Shown piece by piece: positions 9,842 through 20,239 of a DNA stretch of 64,000 nucleotides. A model generated the notes under the pieces. That model saw only the letters and a list, made by a program, of their open reading frames with translations, searched no databases and had not been told where the DNA came from. The stretch lies in the NCBI GenBank assembly GCA_037481775.1, contig JBBFKZ010000008.1:1-64000 (forward strand), read 5' to 3'. The DNA is from Candidatus Bathyarchaeia archaeon. Lineage in GTDB: Archaea > Thermoproteota > Bathyarchaeia > Bathyarchaeales > Bathycorpusculaceae. How positions within the stretch are numbered: the stretch's first letter is position 1; the number at the start of each line of letters is the position of its first letter. The translations under genes and the position numbers were made by a program.

Positions 9842-10288
9842 TTACTCTCCGTCTTCTTGAGACGCGGTTAAGACTTCGCCGCCAGCTTGCTTAATTTTTT
9901 CAGCAGCAGATTTTGAGCATGAAGCCACATTCACGATTAGCGCCTTTGATATTTTGCCTGTTCCAAGAAGCTTGGTGTAGCCTAGACTTGACAGGTCTAT
10001 GTGCAGCTTGCCTTTCTCTTTTTCAACTGATAACTTTTGGGCAAGCTCCTCAAGATCTTTTAGGTTTATGACGTTCTCTTTGCGTCTGATGCTTTGAGGG
10101 GAAGTGAAGCCTTTTTTGCCGAAGTAATCAGGTTCGTAGGTTACAACGTAGCTCCAGAGATGCTTGTGGCGTCCGACTTTTCTGTAACCTTTTGAGCCGG
10201 CATCTCTGTGTTGTCCTACTCTGCCGTAGCCGTGAGTGCGGGAACCGCGCATTTTCCTAACTTTTCTAAGCTTGTGAGGCATTGTCAA
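9842..10288 (-). CDS. rpl15: 50S ribosomal protein uL15
   Basis: RKMRGSRTHGYGRVGQHR, FGKKGF, KLLGTG, AAEKIKQAGG. Confidence 0.95.
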   Translation of the reverse strand: MTMPHKLRKVRKMRGSRTHGYGRVGQHRDAGSKGYRKVGRHKHLWSYVVTYEPDYFGKKGFTSPQSIRRKENVINLKDLEELAQKLSVEKEKGKLHIDLSSLGYTKLLGTGKISKALIVNVASCSKSAAEKIKQAGGEVLTASQEDGE

Positions 10289-10726
10289 TCAGCTTTTTTT
10301 GTTGATTGTTTCTTCTTTTTTAGCTTTTTTAAGCTTGATTTCAAGCACACCATTTTTGTAGGTGGTGCGCATCAGATTTGGAATCACTACCTTCGGTAAA
10401 TTTAAACTTTTGTAGTATCTTCGGTCTTTAGCCTTTGCAGATAATGTTATTTTTCGGTCTTTCACATGTATTTTCAGTGTTTCCTTATTAAAGCCAGCGA
10501 TGTCAGCAACTATGGTTATCCAGTTTTTCTCTTGGAAAATGTCGATAAGTGGCTTAGGAGCTTTCCATTCTCGCTTGGCATAGCCTTGAGAAAGGCGGTA
10601 ACCCTGCGGGTAAGTGTTTTTTGTAAACCATCTATGCTCAACATGCAGAATTTCGGAGCTATCCACGTCGCTTTTCAAGTCTAGCCACTTCAAATGTTTT
10701 CTGCTTCTTCGCCACTTCGCGCTCAA
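10289..10726 (-). CDS. Hsp20/alpha-crystallin family protein
   Basis: PLIDIF...IVADIAG...YYKSLNLP...TYKNGVLEIKLKK alpha-crystallin domain. Confidence 0.85.
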   Translation of the reverse strand: MSAKWRRSRKHLKWLDLKSDVDSSEILHVEHRWFTKNTYPQGYRLSQGYAKREWKAPKPLIDIFQEKNWITIVADIAGFNKETLKIHVKDRKITLSAKAKDRRYYKSLNLPKVVIPNLMRTTYKNGVLEIKLKKAKKEETINKKS

Positions 10727-10859
10727 TTTTTATTCTCCCAGACAAAATGGCATCTTCACAGTAACTATAAAATGTATCGCATAGAAAACCTCAGAAAGCA
10801 TTGTCGTTGAGACGCGGTCTCTCAATAAATTCGCGATTATAAAAAACGCTGTTATAACC

Positions 10860-11942
10860 CTAATTGCCAACGCAAGCCAAGTTTTTAGCCAATTGAAGTG
10901 CCCTTTTCTGCTCATCCATGGTTAGCCGCCTACGTAACTCTGGAACCTCATGAGCGCGCCATTCTGGTCTATACTGGAACATGACGTTAACACGCACAGT
11001 TTTGCCTAGATTCTCGGCTATCCAGTTCAAAATTGGTTCAGTACAGCACTCCAAATGGCTTGGCAGAACGAGCACGCGGATTATCAACTCACCATACTTT
11101 TTGGCAATCAAGTGATTCTGCGTGCACACTTCCCAGTATTTCGGCGCGTCGGAAATTCTGTTAGCGCAGTCAGCTGGGCCATACTTGAAGTCCAACAAGT
11201 AGACATCAACGAAGTTGGCGAGGAGCTGGGCAGTTTCTGGACTGTAATAGGTGTTGGAGTTCCACACAACAGGCACGTTCACTTTTACGTGCTTGAAGGT
11301 TTCCAGCCAATGTTTAAGCCACGGCGTAGGCTCGCCTCCCACGAGATTCACGTTTCTGCAGCTGCGCAAACGCAGATTTTCAATTTCCCGCGCCATAATG
11401 CTGGATGTGTACGTGGCTCCAGGCTCCATCCATTGGCTAATTGCCCAGTTTTGGCAGTGTAGACAACGCATTGTGCAGCCCATGGTGAAGATTGTTCCCG
11501 ACGGCACAAGCTCAGGTTCTTCGCCTAAATGCTCAAAAATGCTGGAAACAGTCAATACATCCCCGCATCCACAGTAGCCCAGCGACCCCGCGGCTCGGTT
11601 AACGCCGCATCTACGGATGCAAAAATGACAGTTTTGAATAATTCTGCTTGCAATTTCAATTTTGAGGTCAAAATATGATTTTTCAGGCGTAGGAAGCGCA
11701 TCTAGGTCTCTGCCGCCGTCAACCTCCTGCTCAAGCTTGCTGTACTCCACGGTAAGCTTCTCGTGCTCGTGCCATAGCTTTTCCAGCGAGTCGCCTTTAT
11801 CGAATCCAGCTGGAAGCTTTTGTGATATGAGGAACTTTGCTTTTTTCTTGTTTTGCATAACTGCGAAGTATCTGGCTAAACTCTTCTTTGCCCACTCGTC
11901 GTTGAGAACGGCGACAGCGTCTGGCCTCAAAAGCTCCCACAT
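10860..11942 (-). CDS. PflX-like radical SAM protein
   Basis: CHFCIRRCGVNR, HLGEEPELVPSGTIF, CTMRCLHCQN, VGGEPTP, IRVLVLP, MFQYRP. Confidence 0.85.
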   Translation of the reverse strand: MWELLRPDAVAVLNDEWAKKSLARYFAVMQNKKKAKFLISQKLPAGFDKGDSLEKLWHEHEKLTVEYSKLEQEVDGGRDLDALPTPEKSYFDLKIEIASRIIQNCHFCIRRCGVNRAAGSLGYCGCGDVLTVSSIFEHLGEEPELVPSGTIFTMGCTMRCLHCQNWAISQWMEPGATYTSSIMAREIENLRLRSCRNVNLVGGEPTPWLKHWLETFKHVKVNVPVVWNSNTYYSPETAQLLANFVDVYLLDFKYGPADCANRISDAPKYWEVCTQNHLIAKKYGELIIRVLVLPSHLECCTEPILNWIAENLGKTVRVNVMFQYRPEWRAHEVPELRRRLTMDEQKRALQLAKNLACVGN

Positions 11943-11976
11943 TCTTATCCACTGAAAAAGTATGGCGAAAGCTGTA

Positions 11977-13032
11977 CTAAAACAGTGCGTAGGGAAAACG
12001 TGAACCCGTCGGGTGCAGTCGCCCCTTTATTGGAATCGCATGTCCACATACGGGACAACGCATGTCCTTAGTTAAGTTCCATCGGGTAATCTCGAAACTG
12101 TATCGCTTAATCACGAGCTCATTGCAGTTTGGGCAATAGGTGTTTTCAGCAGGGTGCCCTGGAACATTGCCGAGGTACACGTAGTTTAGGCCAATGTTTT
12201 TCGCGGTCATGTACGCCTTTTCCATAACTTCAACTGTTGTAGCTGGTGTTAGCGTCATTTTGTAGTCAGGATGGAAACGCAGCAGATGGAAAGGGGTGTC
12301 TCGGCCCAGCACGTCTTTAATCCAAGTCGCCATCTCTTCTATTCTGTCCATTGAATCACCAATTTTCGGAACCACCAAATTTGTGATTTCTATGTGTACG
12401 CCGTTTCTCCGAAGTTCCTTTAGCGATTCGTAGATCGGTTCAACTGTGGGAACCGCAGAGTAACTTTTGTAGAAATCTGGGTCTCCTCCGCCTTTGAAGT
12501 CAACGGTGGCTGCATCCAAATATGGCGCAATTGTCTTCACTGCCTCAGGAGTCATATACCCGTTAGTTACGAAAGTATTAAACAGCCCAACTTGATGCGC
12601 GATTTTGGCGGTGTCATACGCGTACTCCATGAAAATTGTAGGTTCTGTATACGTGTAACTTATCCCCTGACAGCCCTGCGCACCCGCTGTTTTTACAACT
12701 TCGGCAGGCGGAAAAAGTTTACCCCCCACTTCACGTTCTTGACTTATCATCCAGTTATCGCAGAATTGGCAGCGGAAGTTGCAGCCCGCCGCAGCAACAG
12801 ACAGAACTAATGCGCCTGGATTGAAATGGGAGAGAGGCTTTTTCCCTATGGGGTCAACGGCTGCAGAAACAGCTTTGGCATAATTTAACGTGTAAAGGAC
12901 GCCGCCTTCGTTTTTCCTGACTAAGCAAAAGCCAGTTGCGCCATCACTTATGAGACATCGGCGTGCGCACAAATGGCACTTTACTTTATTGTCTTTCTCT
13001 TTTTTGTAGAGCATAGCTTCATGAAGAGACAT
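11977..13032 (-). CDS. amrS: AmmeMemoRadiSam system radical SAM enzyme
   Basis: CHLCARRC, DPIGKKPLSHFNPG, GCNFRCQFCDNW, TYTEPTIF, RFHPDYK, YVYLGNVPG, C-terminal CPNC/CPVC. Confidence 0.88.
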   Translation of the reverse strand: MSLHEAMLYKKEKDNKVKCHLCARRCLISDGATGFCLVRKNEGGVLYTLNYAKAVSAAVDPIGKKPLSHFNPGALVLSVAAAGCNFRCQFCDNWMISQEREVGGKLFPPAEVVKTAGAQGCQGISYTYTEPTIFMEYAYDTAKIAHQVGLFNTFVTNGYMTPEAVKTIAPYLDAATVDFKGGGDPDFYKSYSAVPTVEPIYESLKELRRNGVHIEITNLVVPKIGDSMDRIEEMATWIKDVLGRDTPFHLLRFHPDYKMTLTPATTVEVMEKAYMTAKNIGLNYVYLGNVPGHPAENTYCPNCNELVIKRYSFEITRWNLTKDMRCPVCGHAIPIKGRLHPTGSRFPYALF

Positions 13033-13253
13033 TCAGTCTTCACCTTGCTCTGCTAAAACGGTTTCTGAAGTGAACTTCACCTAATAATAGGGGGTTATTT
13101 CTTAAAAACTATTAGCTCCCTACATAACACTCGCAACACATAGAATGTTCAGTGAACTCAAATATTTTTCCAGCTATGGCTAAAGGGGAACACGTCCAAA
13201 ACGTGCTAAGGCTTATTTGCTAAGACGCAAATACTTACGAGGAGCACAGAATA

Positions 13254-14057
13254 ATGGTTACAAAAGGAGTGTTCAGCAACGGTGTTCCTTATATCCGCTT
13301 CGGAGAAGGCAAACGGGCTCTTCTTGTTTTCAGCGGCGGACCAGGCAACACTCTTCCATCAAGCTTCATGATTCAAGTGGCGGGTCACTTTAAGCAATTA
13401 TCCAAGCTCTGTGTAGTTTACGTTTTGGCTCGTAAAGCAGGCTTGCCAGAAGGCTACACGACTCGAGATATGGCTGAAGACTATGCGTCAATAATAAGAG
13501 AATACTTTGCTAGTGGACCAGTTGATGTGATGGGCGAGTCCTACGGAGGTCTAATTGCACAGCACTTGGCTGCTGACCACCCTGAACTAATCCGCCGCTT
13601 AATCATAGCCATGTCTGCTTACCGATTCAGCGAAGAAGGAAACGAATTGGACATGAAATATGCCCAACTGCTAAGTGAAGGCAAAAAGAGGGAAGCACTT
13701 CAAACTATGTATCCCCTAATAGAGGGGAACAGAGTAACGAAGGCATTCATGAAGCTCTTCACGGGTTACATTGCGCCTCTAATGTGGAGCATACCCGACA
13801 AACCATCAGATTTGCTCATGGAAAGCAAAGCGGAAAAGGCGCATAACTCCAAAAACAGGCTTGCAGAGATTAAGGCGCCCACTCTCGTGATTTGTGGCGA
13901 CAAAGACTATTTTTGCCCGGTGGAAAGGCTTCGCGAGACAGCAGCAGGAGCCCCGAATGCCAAACTTGTCTTTTACAAAGGCAAGGGACACATGAACATT
14001 ATGGGAAAAAAGTTTGACGAAGACATTCTTGCTTTTTTAGATGAGAAAGGCAGCTAA
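13254..14057 (+). CDS. Alpha/beta fold hydrolase
   Basis: GESYGG nucleophile elbow, PTLVICGDKD, GKGH. Confidence 0.85.
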   Translation: MVTKGVFSNGVPYIRFGEGKRALLVFSGGPGNTLPSSFMIQVAGHFKQLSKLCVVYVLARKAGLPEGYTTRDMAEDYASIIREYFASGPVDVMGESYGGLIAQHLAADHPELIRRLIIAMSAYRFSEEGNELDMKYAQLLSEGKKREALQTMYPLIEGNRVTKAFMKLFTGYIAPLMWSIPDKPSDLLMESKAEKAHNSKNRLAEIKAPTLVICGDKDYFCPVERLRETAAGAPNAKLVFYKGKGHMNIMGKKFDEDILAFLDEKGS

Positions 14058-14386
14058 CTAGCCTATCGAAGTCCAACAGATAGAATCCATTAAGCGCCAA
14101 ACATGCCGGTGCTTGGCTGATTTAACTATGAAAAATTTCTTTTCATTATTTTCGAGATGAAATATGCTGAAGAGCGTAGCGCTTGGTTAGTGAAAGCACT
14201 GAGAACTGCTGCGTCAGATTTAATTTATCTTAAGCACGTGTCTGGATGTAGACGGGCAAATCCATTTTTGATAGCTCATTATTCAAAACTTATGATAATA
14301 ATCTGTGATATATACAGAGGTTTCATAATAAACAAATAAGTGTTTTTCGAATACGCTAACTGAAAAAGAGCTAAGAGGGTGTTACA

Positions 14387-14908
14387 ATGTCAAGTGCAGA
14401 CACCGAAGTTGAAACAGCAGAAGAAATAAAAATGCTAACATTCACGCTGGACAACGTGTTTTATGGAGTTGATGTTCATCAAGTGCGGGAAGTCAAGAAT
14501 TTTGAAGGAGCCACACCTGTTCCATATGCTCCACCGTACGTTAAAGGCGTAACAAACCTTCGAGGCGAAATAATTCCAGTTATAGATCTGCGTAAGCGCA
14601 TCGGGCTTGGCGAGAATAAGAGAAATGATTCAAGCATCATGATAATAGTTCAAGATAAGCAGCCTATAGGAGTAATTGTTGACTCAGTTATCGAAGTTCT
14701 AACGCTGCAAAAGAAAGACATAGAAATAGGCGCAGAATGCCTCCTCAACGACAGAGCAGATGGAGTCGTAGGAATCGCAAAGCATGAGAAAGACTTGATA
14801 ATTATACTGGACATAATCAAGATATTAGTAAGTGATAAATTAGGCAACGTAAAAGAAAGCATAAAAGGCTTCCAACTTCAATTTGACAAACAAAAAAATT
14901 CACAATAA
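14387..14908 (+). CDS. cheW: Chemotaxis coupling protein CheW
   Basis: YGVDVHQVREV, TPVPYAPPYVKGVTNLRGEIIPVIDLR, GVIVDSV. Confidence 0.92.
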   Translation: MSSADTEVETAEEIKMLTFTLDNVFYGVDVHQVREVKNFEGATPVPYAPPYVKGVTNLRGEIIPVIDLRKRIGLGENKRNDSSIMIIVQDKQPIGVIVDSVIEVLTLQKKDIEIGAECLLNDRADGVVGIAKHEKDLIIILDIIKILVSDKLGNVKESIKGFQLQFDKQKNSQ

Positions 14909-14978
14909 CATCATTTTTTAAGGTTAAGTTTTTAATCCCTTTAAACGCAGTGAGTTTTTTATTGAAAAGTGGTGAGAA

Positions 14979-15998
14979 TTGAAAGATCAAATCAAAATCC
15001 TCGTCGTCGACGATTCATTGTTTATGCAGAAAGTTCTTGTTGGATTATTGCAGTCTGATCCCCAGCTTACAGTTGTTGGAACGGCGCGGAATGGGGAAGA
15101 AGCACTTTCAAAGATTGCACTTCTAAACCCAGATGTCGTAACAATGGATATTGAAATGCCAAAGATGAACGGCTTAACAGCTGTTAGAAAAATTATGGAA
15201 ACAAATCCATTACCGGTGGTAATGGTTAGTGCTTTAACGCAGAGAGAAGCACAACTTACACTAAAGGCATTAGAGTTTGGCGCCGTGGACTATGTCCCTA
15301 AACCATCAGGTCCAATCTCGCTTGACATGGACACGGTGAAAGAGGAACTTATATCGAAAATTAAGACGGCGGCATCTGCAAATATAAGATGCGGAAAACC
15401 AAAAATGACAGAGGTAACAACTTCTAAAGGCAAGCGCAGCGAAAAGATAATATCCATTGCCGCTTCAACAGGAGGACCAGCGGCAATATCATATGTGCTT
15501 AAGAACATTCCAGAAAATTCGCCGCCAATCCTAATTGTGCAACATATGAAAAAAGGGATGACCAAACTTTTCGCGGAAATGCTAAACCAAGAATGCAAAA
15601 TCAAAGTGAAAGAAGCGGAGAATGGAGACTTAATTCGAGACGGAGTTGCCTTAATTGCACCCGCTGGTTTGCACATGATAGTAACCAAAAACTGCAGAGT
15701 CAAACTTGCTGATGGCCCGCCTGTGAATTACGTGCGTCCCTCGGCTGATGTCACGATGAAATCAGCAGCAGAGGCATATGAATCCAAAAATATTGGAGTA
15801 GTGCTGACAGGCTTAGGTGCAGATGGCGCGGAAGGAATTGAAGCGATAAAAAAGAAAGGAGGGCTTACAATCGCACAGGATGAGAAAACATGCGTTGTGT
15901 TTGGTATGCCTGCTGCCGCAATTAAGACGGGGTGTGTTGATTTTGTTTTGCCTTTAGAGTATATCCCAAAGTTACTTTTGCGGGCATGTGAAGATTAA
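14979..15998 (+). CDS. cheB: Chemotaxis response regulator protein-glutamate methylesterase CheB
   Basis: REC domain (LVVDDS, DIEMP, KP) plus methylesterase motifs ASTGGP, VQHM, RPSAD, LTGLGADGAEG. Confidence 0.95.
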   Translation: MKDQIKILVVDDSLFMQKVLVGLLQSDPQLTVVGTARNGEEALSKIALLNPDVVTMDIEMPKMNGLTAVRKIMETNPLPVVMVSALTQREAQLTLKALEFGAVDYVPKPSGPISLDMDTVKEELISKIKTAASANIRCGKPKMTEVTTSKGKRSEKIISIAASTGGPAAISYVLKNIPENSPPILIVQHMKKGMTKLFAEMLNQECKIKVKEAENGDLIRDGVALIAPAGLHMIVTKNCRVKLADGPPVNYVRPSADVTMKSAAEAYESKNIGVVLTGLGADGAEGIEAIKKKGGLTIAQDEKTCVVFGMPAAAIKTGCVDFVLPLEYIPKLLLRACED

Positions 15999-16166
15999 TT
16001 CCATGATTGTGGAAGCGCGCTAATTTCACGTTTTTATCTTTTTTCTGATCTAAATTCTGATTTTGAATATACGTTGTTAATAATAACTTGGTCTAATTAT
16101 GCGCATTTCATAACCTAATTATAAGCAAAACACAAAATTTTAAGCCCAAAATAGGAGTCTATCACA

Positions 16167-17663
16167 ATGACCGATAGCACTCAAGACCAACGAAATTCTG
16201 AAATAGATAAACAATTAAAACAAATCGAGAAGGAGAACAAACGCCTTCTCGTCGAAAACGAGCAGCTGAAAGAGGAAATTATCGCCCTTCACAAAGACAC
16301 TATCGATGGATATAGCTCCATGTGCACGACAATGGACATGCTTATACAAAGCGCTGCCAAAGCAGCAGACTACGCACTCAACGTGGAAAAAGCAGCCATT
16401 AGAGTTGCCGAACTAACCACAAGCGCAACGGAGATAGTTAACAAGGTCGCTGGCGCAGCAAAAGACGTAAGAAACGTGGCCAACCAATTAGCGCAAAGCG
16501 CAGACGAAGCCACAAAGGCACTCTTAAAAGTTGCGGACATGGGTAAACACGCCTCACAGGTTTCAAATCAGATGCGGACAGGCATGCAACAAGTTAGTGC
16601 AGCTTCGCAGCAGGTTGCCGCTGGAGCACAGAAACTTGCTGAACTCGCACAGTATGCTGCAAAGAATACAGAAGAACTTAAACGAGTTATGGATGCAGCA
16701 GGCAGCATCGCCAAAGAAGCCTCGTTGGTCACTAACGCCGTGCTAAATAAATCCAAAGACAGCAACGAGAAAGCCCAAAAAGGACTCACGGCAATCGAAA
16801 CCATAAAGAGCAGCATAGAAAAGGTTTCTGAAGCTGTAACCTCGATGATTAACTCAATAGAGCAAGTAGGACAAATGGCAAACTCCGTTTCCGACATAGC
16901 TAGCCAAACAAATATGCTGGCTTTAAATGCAGCGATCGAAGCAGCACGCGCTGGAGAAGCAGGCAGAGGCTTCGCAGTAGTAGCCGACGCAGTTAAAAGC
17001 CTGGCAGGCCAGTCAAAGTCTGCCGCACAATCAGCCATAAACCTTGTGAAAGGCATAAAGGATGCAGGCACACAAACCAGCACGATCACCAAGCAGTCTC
17101 AAAGTGGCGCTGAGGAAGGCGCGAAAATCGTTTTAGGAGCAATAAAGGAAGTAGAAGAAATAGCGCGAATACTCGAAGAAATGGGGACTAAAGTCAGCAA
17201 ACTTACAAGCAGCGTTGAACAGGGTCTCGATGCTTTGAACTCTGTGGTGAAATCAATCGAGGAAGTAGCCAGCATCGCCGAAGAAAGCTCATCAGCTTCT
17301 GAGGAAACCTCAGCCGCAGTGGAGGAGCAGACAGCAGCTTCTGGTGAAATCGTGGAGGTTTCAAAGTTGGTTTCGGAAACAGCTGAAAGCGTAGCGAAAA
17401 CAACTCAAAATGTCATAATTGAGTCACAAAACGTTGCTAAGCTAGCATCAGAAGTAGTAGTTGACGCAGCAAAAGTTGAATCAGCTACAAAAAAGATAAT
17501 AGAGGAAGCAGACACCGTAGGTAAAACAGCCGAAGCAGTAGTATCTGAGGCTACAGAGATCGCGGGAATAGCCGAGAAACTACAAAATGACCTGCAACAG
17601 CTGATTGAGAAACGCACACAACTTATGAACAAATTCCTCGAAAGCAAAGGCCAAAGCAACTAG
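16167..17663 (+). CDS. Soluble methyl-accepting chemotaxis protein
   Basis: [37 protein letters not shown] hairpin-tip signature; no hydrophobic TM segment. Confidence 0.92.
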   Translation: MTDSTQDQRNSEIDKQLKQIEKENKRLLVENEQLKEEIIALHKDTIDGYSSMCTTMDMLIQSAAKAADYALNVEKAAIRVAELTTSATEIVNKVAGAAKDVRNVANQLAQSADEATKALLKVADMGKHASQVSNQMRTGMQQVSAASQQVAAGAQKLAELAQYAAKNTEELKRVMDAAGSIAKEASLVTNAVLNKSKDSNEKAQKGLTAIETIKSSIEKVSEAVTSMINSIEQVGQMANSVSDIASQTNMLALNAAIEAARAGEAGRGFAVVADAVKSLAGQSKSAAQSAINLVKGIKDAGTQTSTITKQSQSGAEEGAKIVLGAIKEVEEIARILEEMGTKVSKLTSSVEQGLDALNSVVKSIEEVASIAEESSSASEETSAAVEEQTAASGEIVEVSKLVSETAESVAKTTQNVIIESQNVAKLASEVVVDAAKVESATKKIIEEADTVGKTAEAVVSEATEIAGIAEKLQNDLQQLIEKRTQLMNKFLESKGQSN

Positions 17664-17833
17664 TTAGAAAAAACCACTCTCTTTTTATGTTTTACCCCTC
17701 ATTAATTTTGCATTAAATAACACATTAAAGCGTAATATAGACACGTTTGTTTTTGAAATATTGCTATTGCCGAAATAAAAGTATGTACTCGCGTTTATAG
17801 TTGTTCATAACCACGTGAAGATCCAAAAAGGTT

Positions 17834-18167
17834 TTGAGAATACAGGCGATTGAAGCCTGCTGTTACAGCAAAGTTAACCGAAAAGAAAAAGAAGAGGCCA
17901 TTTTGGCTAGACTTCAACTTACGAAAGGGCAAGTTTCCGAACTAAGGGAGAAATGTGAAACATTGAAGCCTCAATCAGGAAACCGCGAAAATTTAATTTG
18001 CAGGGAGTGCAGCGAGTCTATTGAGGTTGACCAAGTTGCTCTAAAAAGTTCACTTGGAGAAATTAAAGCCTATTACCAGAGACCACCTTAGCAAAATTTG
18101 GCGGTCTATCTGCATGTTCGATTACTCGCAACTCAGCTTCCTTCAAAGTGCAAACAGCAATCGATAA
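17834..18167 (+). pseudogene. Possible frameshifted small Cys-containing hypothetical gene
   Basis: ORF 17834..18091 has CRECS. Near 18077 a +1 frame stays open (DHLSKIWRSICMFDYSQLSFLQ...) to TAA at 18165-18167. Confidence 0.3.
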
Positions 18168-18336
18168 GGATTTTTATAATACAGCCTTAAACTGCTCGGC
18201 TTTCATGCATACCACAAATTTTAACGTCGACAAGCCAGATGCTTTGGTAAGCAATGTCGAAACGCCACCAAAACGCTTAAGTGTGGCTGAGGTTTTAGTG
18301 TCTGTTAGTTTAATGAAATAAGGTGTTGAATAAAGT

Positions 18337-18840
18337 TTGGCTGTTGAAGGTTTTTTCGAAAGCAAAAGGCAACCAGTGGAAGCTAAAGTCGGCGAGTTAA
18401 CCCCTCAGTCAAGGTCGGTTAACGTCACGGCAAAAGTGGTTTCAAAAAGCGAAATACGTGAAATCCCAATGGGCAAAGACGGATCACCGCACAAGGTATG
18501 CGACGCTTTAGTAGGCGACGAAACAGGCAGCATATACCTCACACTCTGGGACGACAACATCCAGAAAGTAAACGAAAACGACACAGTCCGCTTAGAAAAC
18601 GGATACGTCACCCTCTTCAAGGGCAACATGCGTCTCAATATCGGCAAGTACGGAAAGCTTGAGATGGCAAAAGAACCGTTTGAAGGCGAAGTAAACACTG
18701 AAAACAACGTTTCCAGCAAAACATACGAGCAGCAACGCAGACCTTTCAGGCGTAGCGGTGGATACGGCGGAAGACGAGGCGGCGGTGGCTTCAGAGACAG
18801 ACGCAGCGGCGGATACAGAGACAGATCAAGGTCATATTAG
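18337..18840 (+). CDS. ssb: Single OB-fold single-stranded DNA-binding protein (crenarchaeal SSB-like) with R/G-rich tail
   Basis: VNVTAKVV, GDETGSIYLTLWD, LENGYVTLFKGNMRLNIGKYG; tail RRSGGYGGRRGGGGFRDRR. Confidence 0.85.
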   Translation: MAVEGFFESKRQPVEAKVGELTPQSRSVNVTAKVVSKSEIREIPMGKDGSPHKVCDALVGDETGSIYLTLWDDNIQKVNENDTVRLENGYVTLFKGNMRLNIGKYGKLEMAKEPFEGEVNTENNVSSKTYEQQRRPFRRSGGYGGRRGGGGFRDRRSGGYRDRSRSY

Positions 18841-18880
18841 CCTTTAAAACAAGGTAAAAAAGGACCTGTTTCTTCGCTTT

Positions 18881-20173
18881 TTATTTTTTAAGTAATTTCA
18901 TAAGTTTTGGCATAAGCTCGTAACCATGCTCTATAACGCCTAGGCTTCCGCGTGCGCAGGTTTTTTCACAGAATTTTTCGGCGCTGTCGCTATTTACTTT
19001 GCCGCCTGAAATGAGCACTGGAACAGGTGTGTCGCTGTGCACCTTCAAAGTGCAAGGAGTCGCATGATCTGAAGTAATGCAGATAATATGCCCCTTCAAA
19101 GAGATCTCCTTTAGTAGCCCACCAAAGAAGAATTTGTCAATGGCAGAGATAACAGCAGCTTTTTTGTGGCAATCGCCGTCATGGCCAGGCTCATCCGGCC
19201 CTTTAAGGTGAATGTAAAAGCAATCGTAACTTGGCAGCATCTCCATCAGCTTCTGCACCCTAAGCTCGCAGTCCTTTTCAAGATCGCCGGAAGGCGGCGG
19301 CAGAAGAGACGCATGCATACCAGCCAGATGGGCTATTCCACGTTCTGCATGCATGTCCGCAAGCGCAGCGAACCTTACGCCATAACGTTCACAAATGTTG
19401 AAGAACCTCGGCAGCTGGCTTCCCGCATCCCTGCTTAGCACAACATTTGCCTTCAGCTTACCCTCGGCAGCGCGCTTCTGATTTATCGGGTGATTGTCCC
19501 ATAGTTCATGTGCTTTCTCGGTGAACTCGTTTACCAGCGCCGCTGCATTACGAGACTCCTCCGTGTCATCCAAGGGCTCAGATTTCTTGAGAACCATTTC
19601 CACATTAGGCGTGGCTACGCCTATACCGTTTATTACCGTGTAAGCCGGATCACTATTCGTTATCTTGCTGGATAAGCAGCGCCCTTTGCCCCTAAAAACG
19701 AGAACCGCGCGATGCCCTAAAGTGTTTCTGAACTCGAATGTTGCAGGGCACGATTCCAACTGTATATTTTCGTTAGCCGCTTTACTTAGCTCCGCGGCTT
19801 CCTCGGTGGTTAAGCTGCGGGCTACACGCCTGTCGATTATACGCCTTCCCGGGCCTAAAGTGGCGAAATTACACCGCAAAGCCAAATCGCCATCTGCAAC
19901 GCTTAAGCCTGCACCCACAGCTTCGATCACTCCTCGGCCAGTGCTGTATTTGAAGGGGTCATAGCCCAAAAGTGAAATGACCGCAACGTCGCTCTCAGGT
20001 GCAATGCCCCGGCGGACGGTGTACATCAATCCAGTTTTCCCGTTTTTGGCGAGAAAATCCATGTTGGGAGTTTCAGCTGCTTCCAAGGGAGTTTTATCTC
20101 CAAGCGCAGCGATGGGCAGATCGCCCATGCCGTCGATGGCAATGTATATCAGCTTCAAAGGCTTCGGCCTCAA
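18881..20173 (-). CDS. apgM: 2,3-bisphosphoglycerate-independent phosphoglycerate mutase (archaeal type)
   Basis: IDGMGD, TPLEAAETPNMD, PESDVA, GRGVIEAVG, HLKGPDEPGHDGD, TSDHATP, HSDTPVP. Confidence 0.9.
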   Translation of the reverse strand: MRPKPLKLIYIAIDGMGDLPIAALGDKTPLEAAETPNMDFLAKNGKTGLMYTVRRGIAPESDVAVISLLGYDPFKYSTGRGVIEAVGAGLSVADGDLALRCNFATLGPGRRIIDRRVARSLTTEEAAELSKAANENIQLESCPATFEFRNTLGHRAVLVFRGKGRCLSSKITNSDPAYTVINGIGVATPNVEMVLKKSEPLDDTEESRNAAALVNEFTEKAHELWDNHPINQKRAAEGKLKANVVLSRDAGSQLPRFFNICERYGVRFAALADMHAERGIAHLAGMHASLLPPPSGDLEKDCELRVQKLMEMLPSYDCFYIHLKGPDEPGHDGDCHKKAAVISAIDKFFFGGLLKEISLKGHIICITSDHATPCTLKVHSDTPVPVLISGGKVNSDSAEKFCEKTCARGSLGVIEHGYELMPKLMKLLKK

Positions 20174-20239
20174 CTCAGACCTTACAACATTTGCACATAT
20201 TTCTTTTGCCTTTTAACAGCATCATTTTCATTGGAACAT

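Noticed and set aside
10730-10915. 61-aa ORF between the PflX-like gene and hsp20
   Set aside because: Overlaps the upstream gene end and has no recognisable features.
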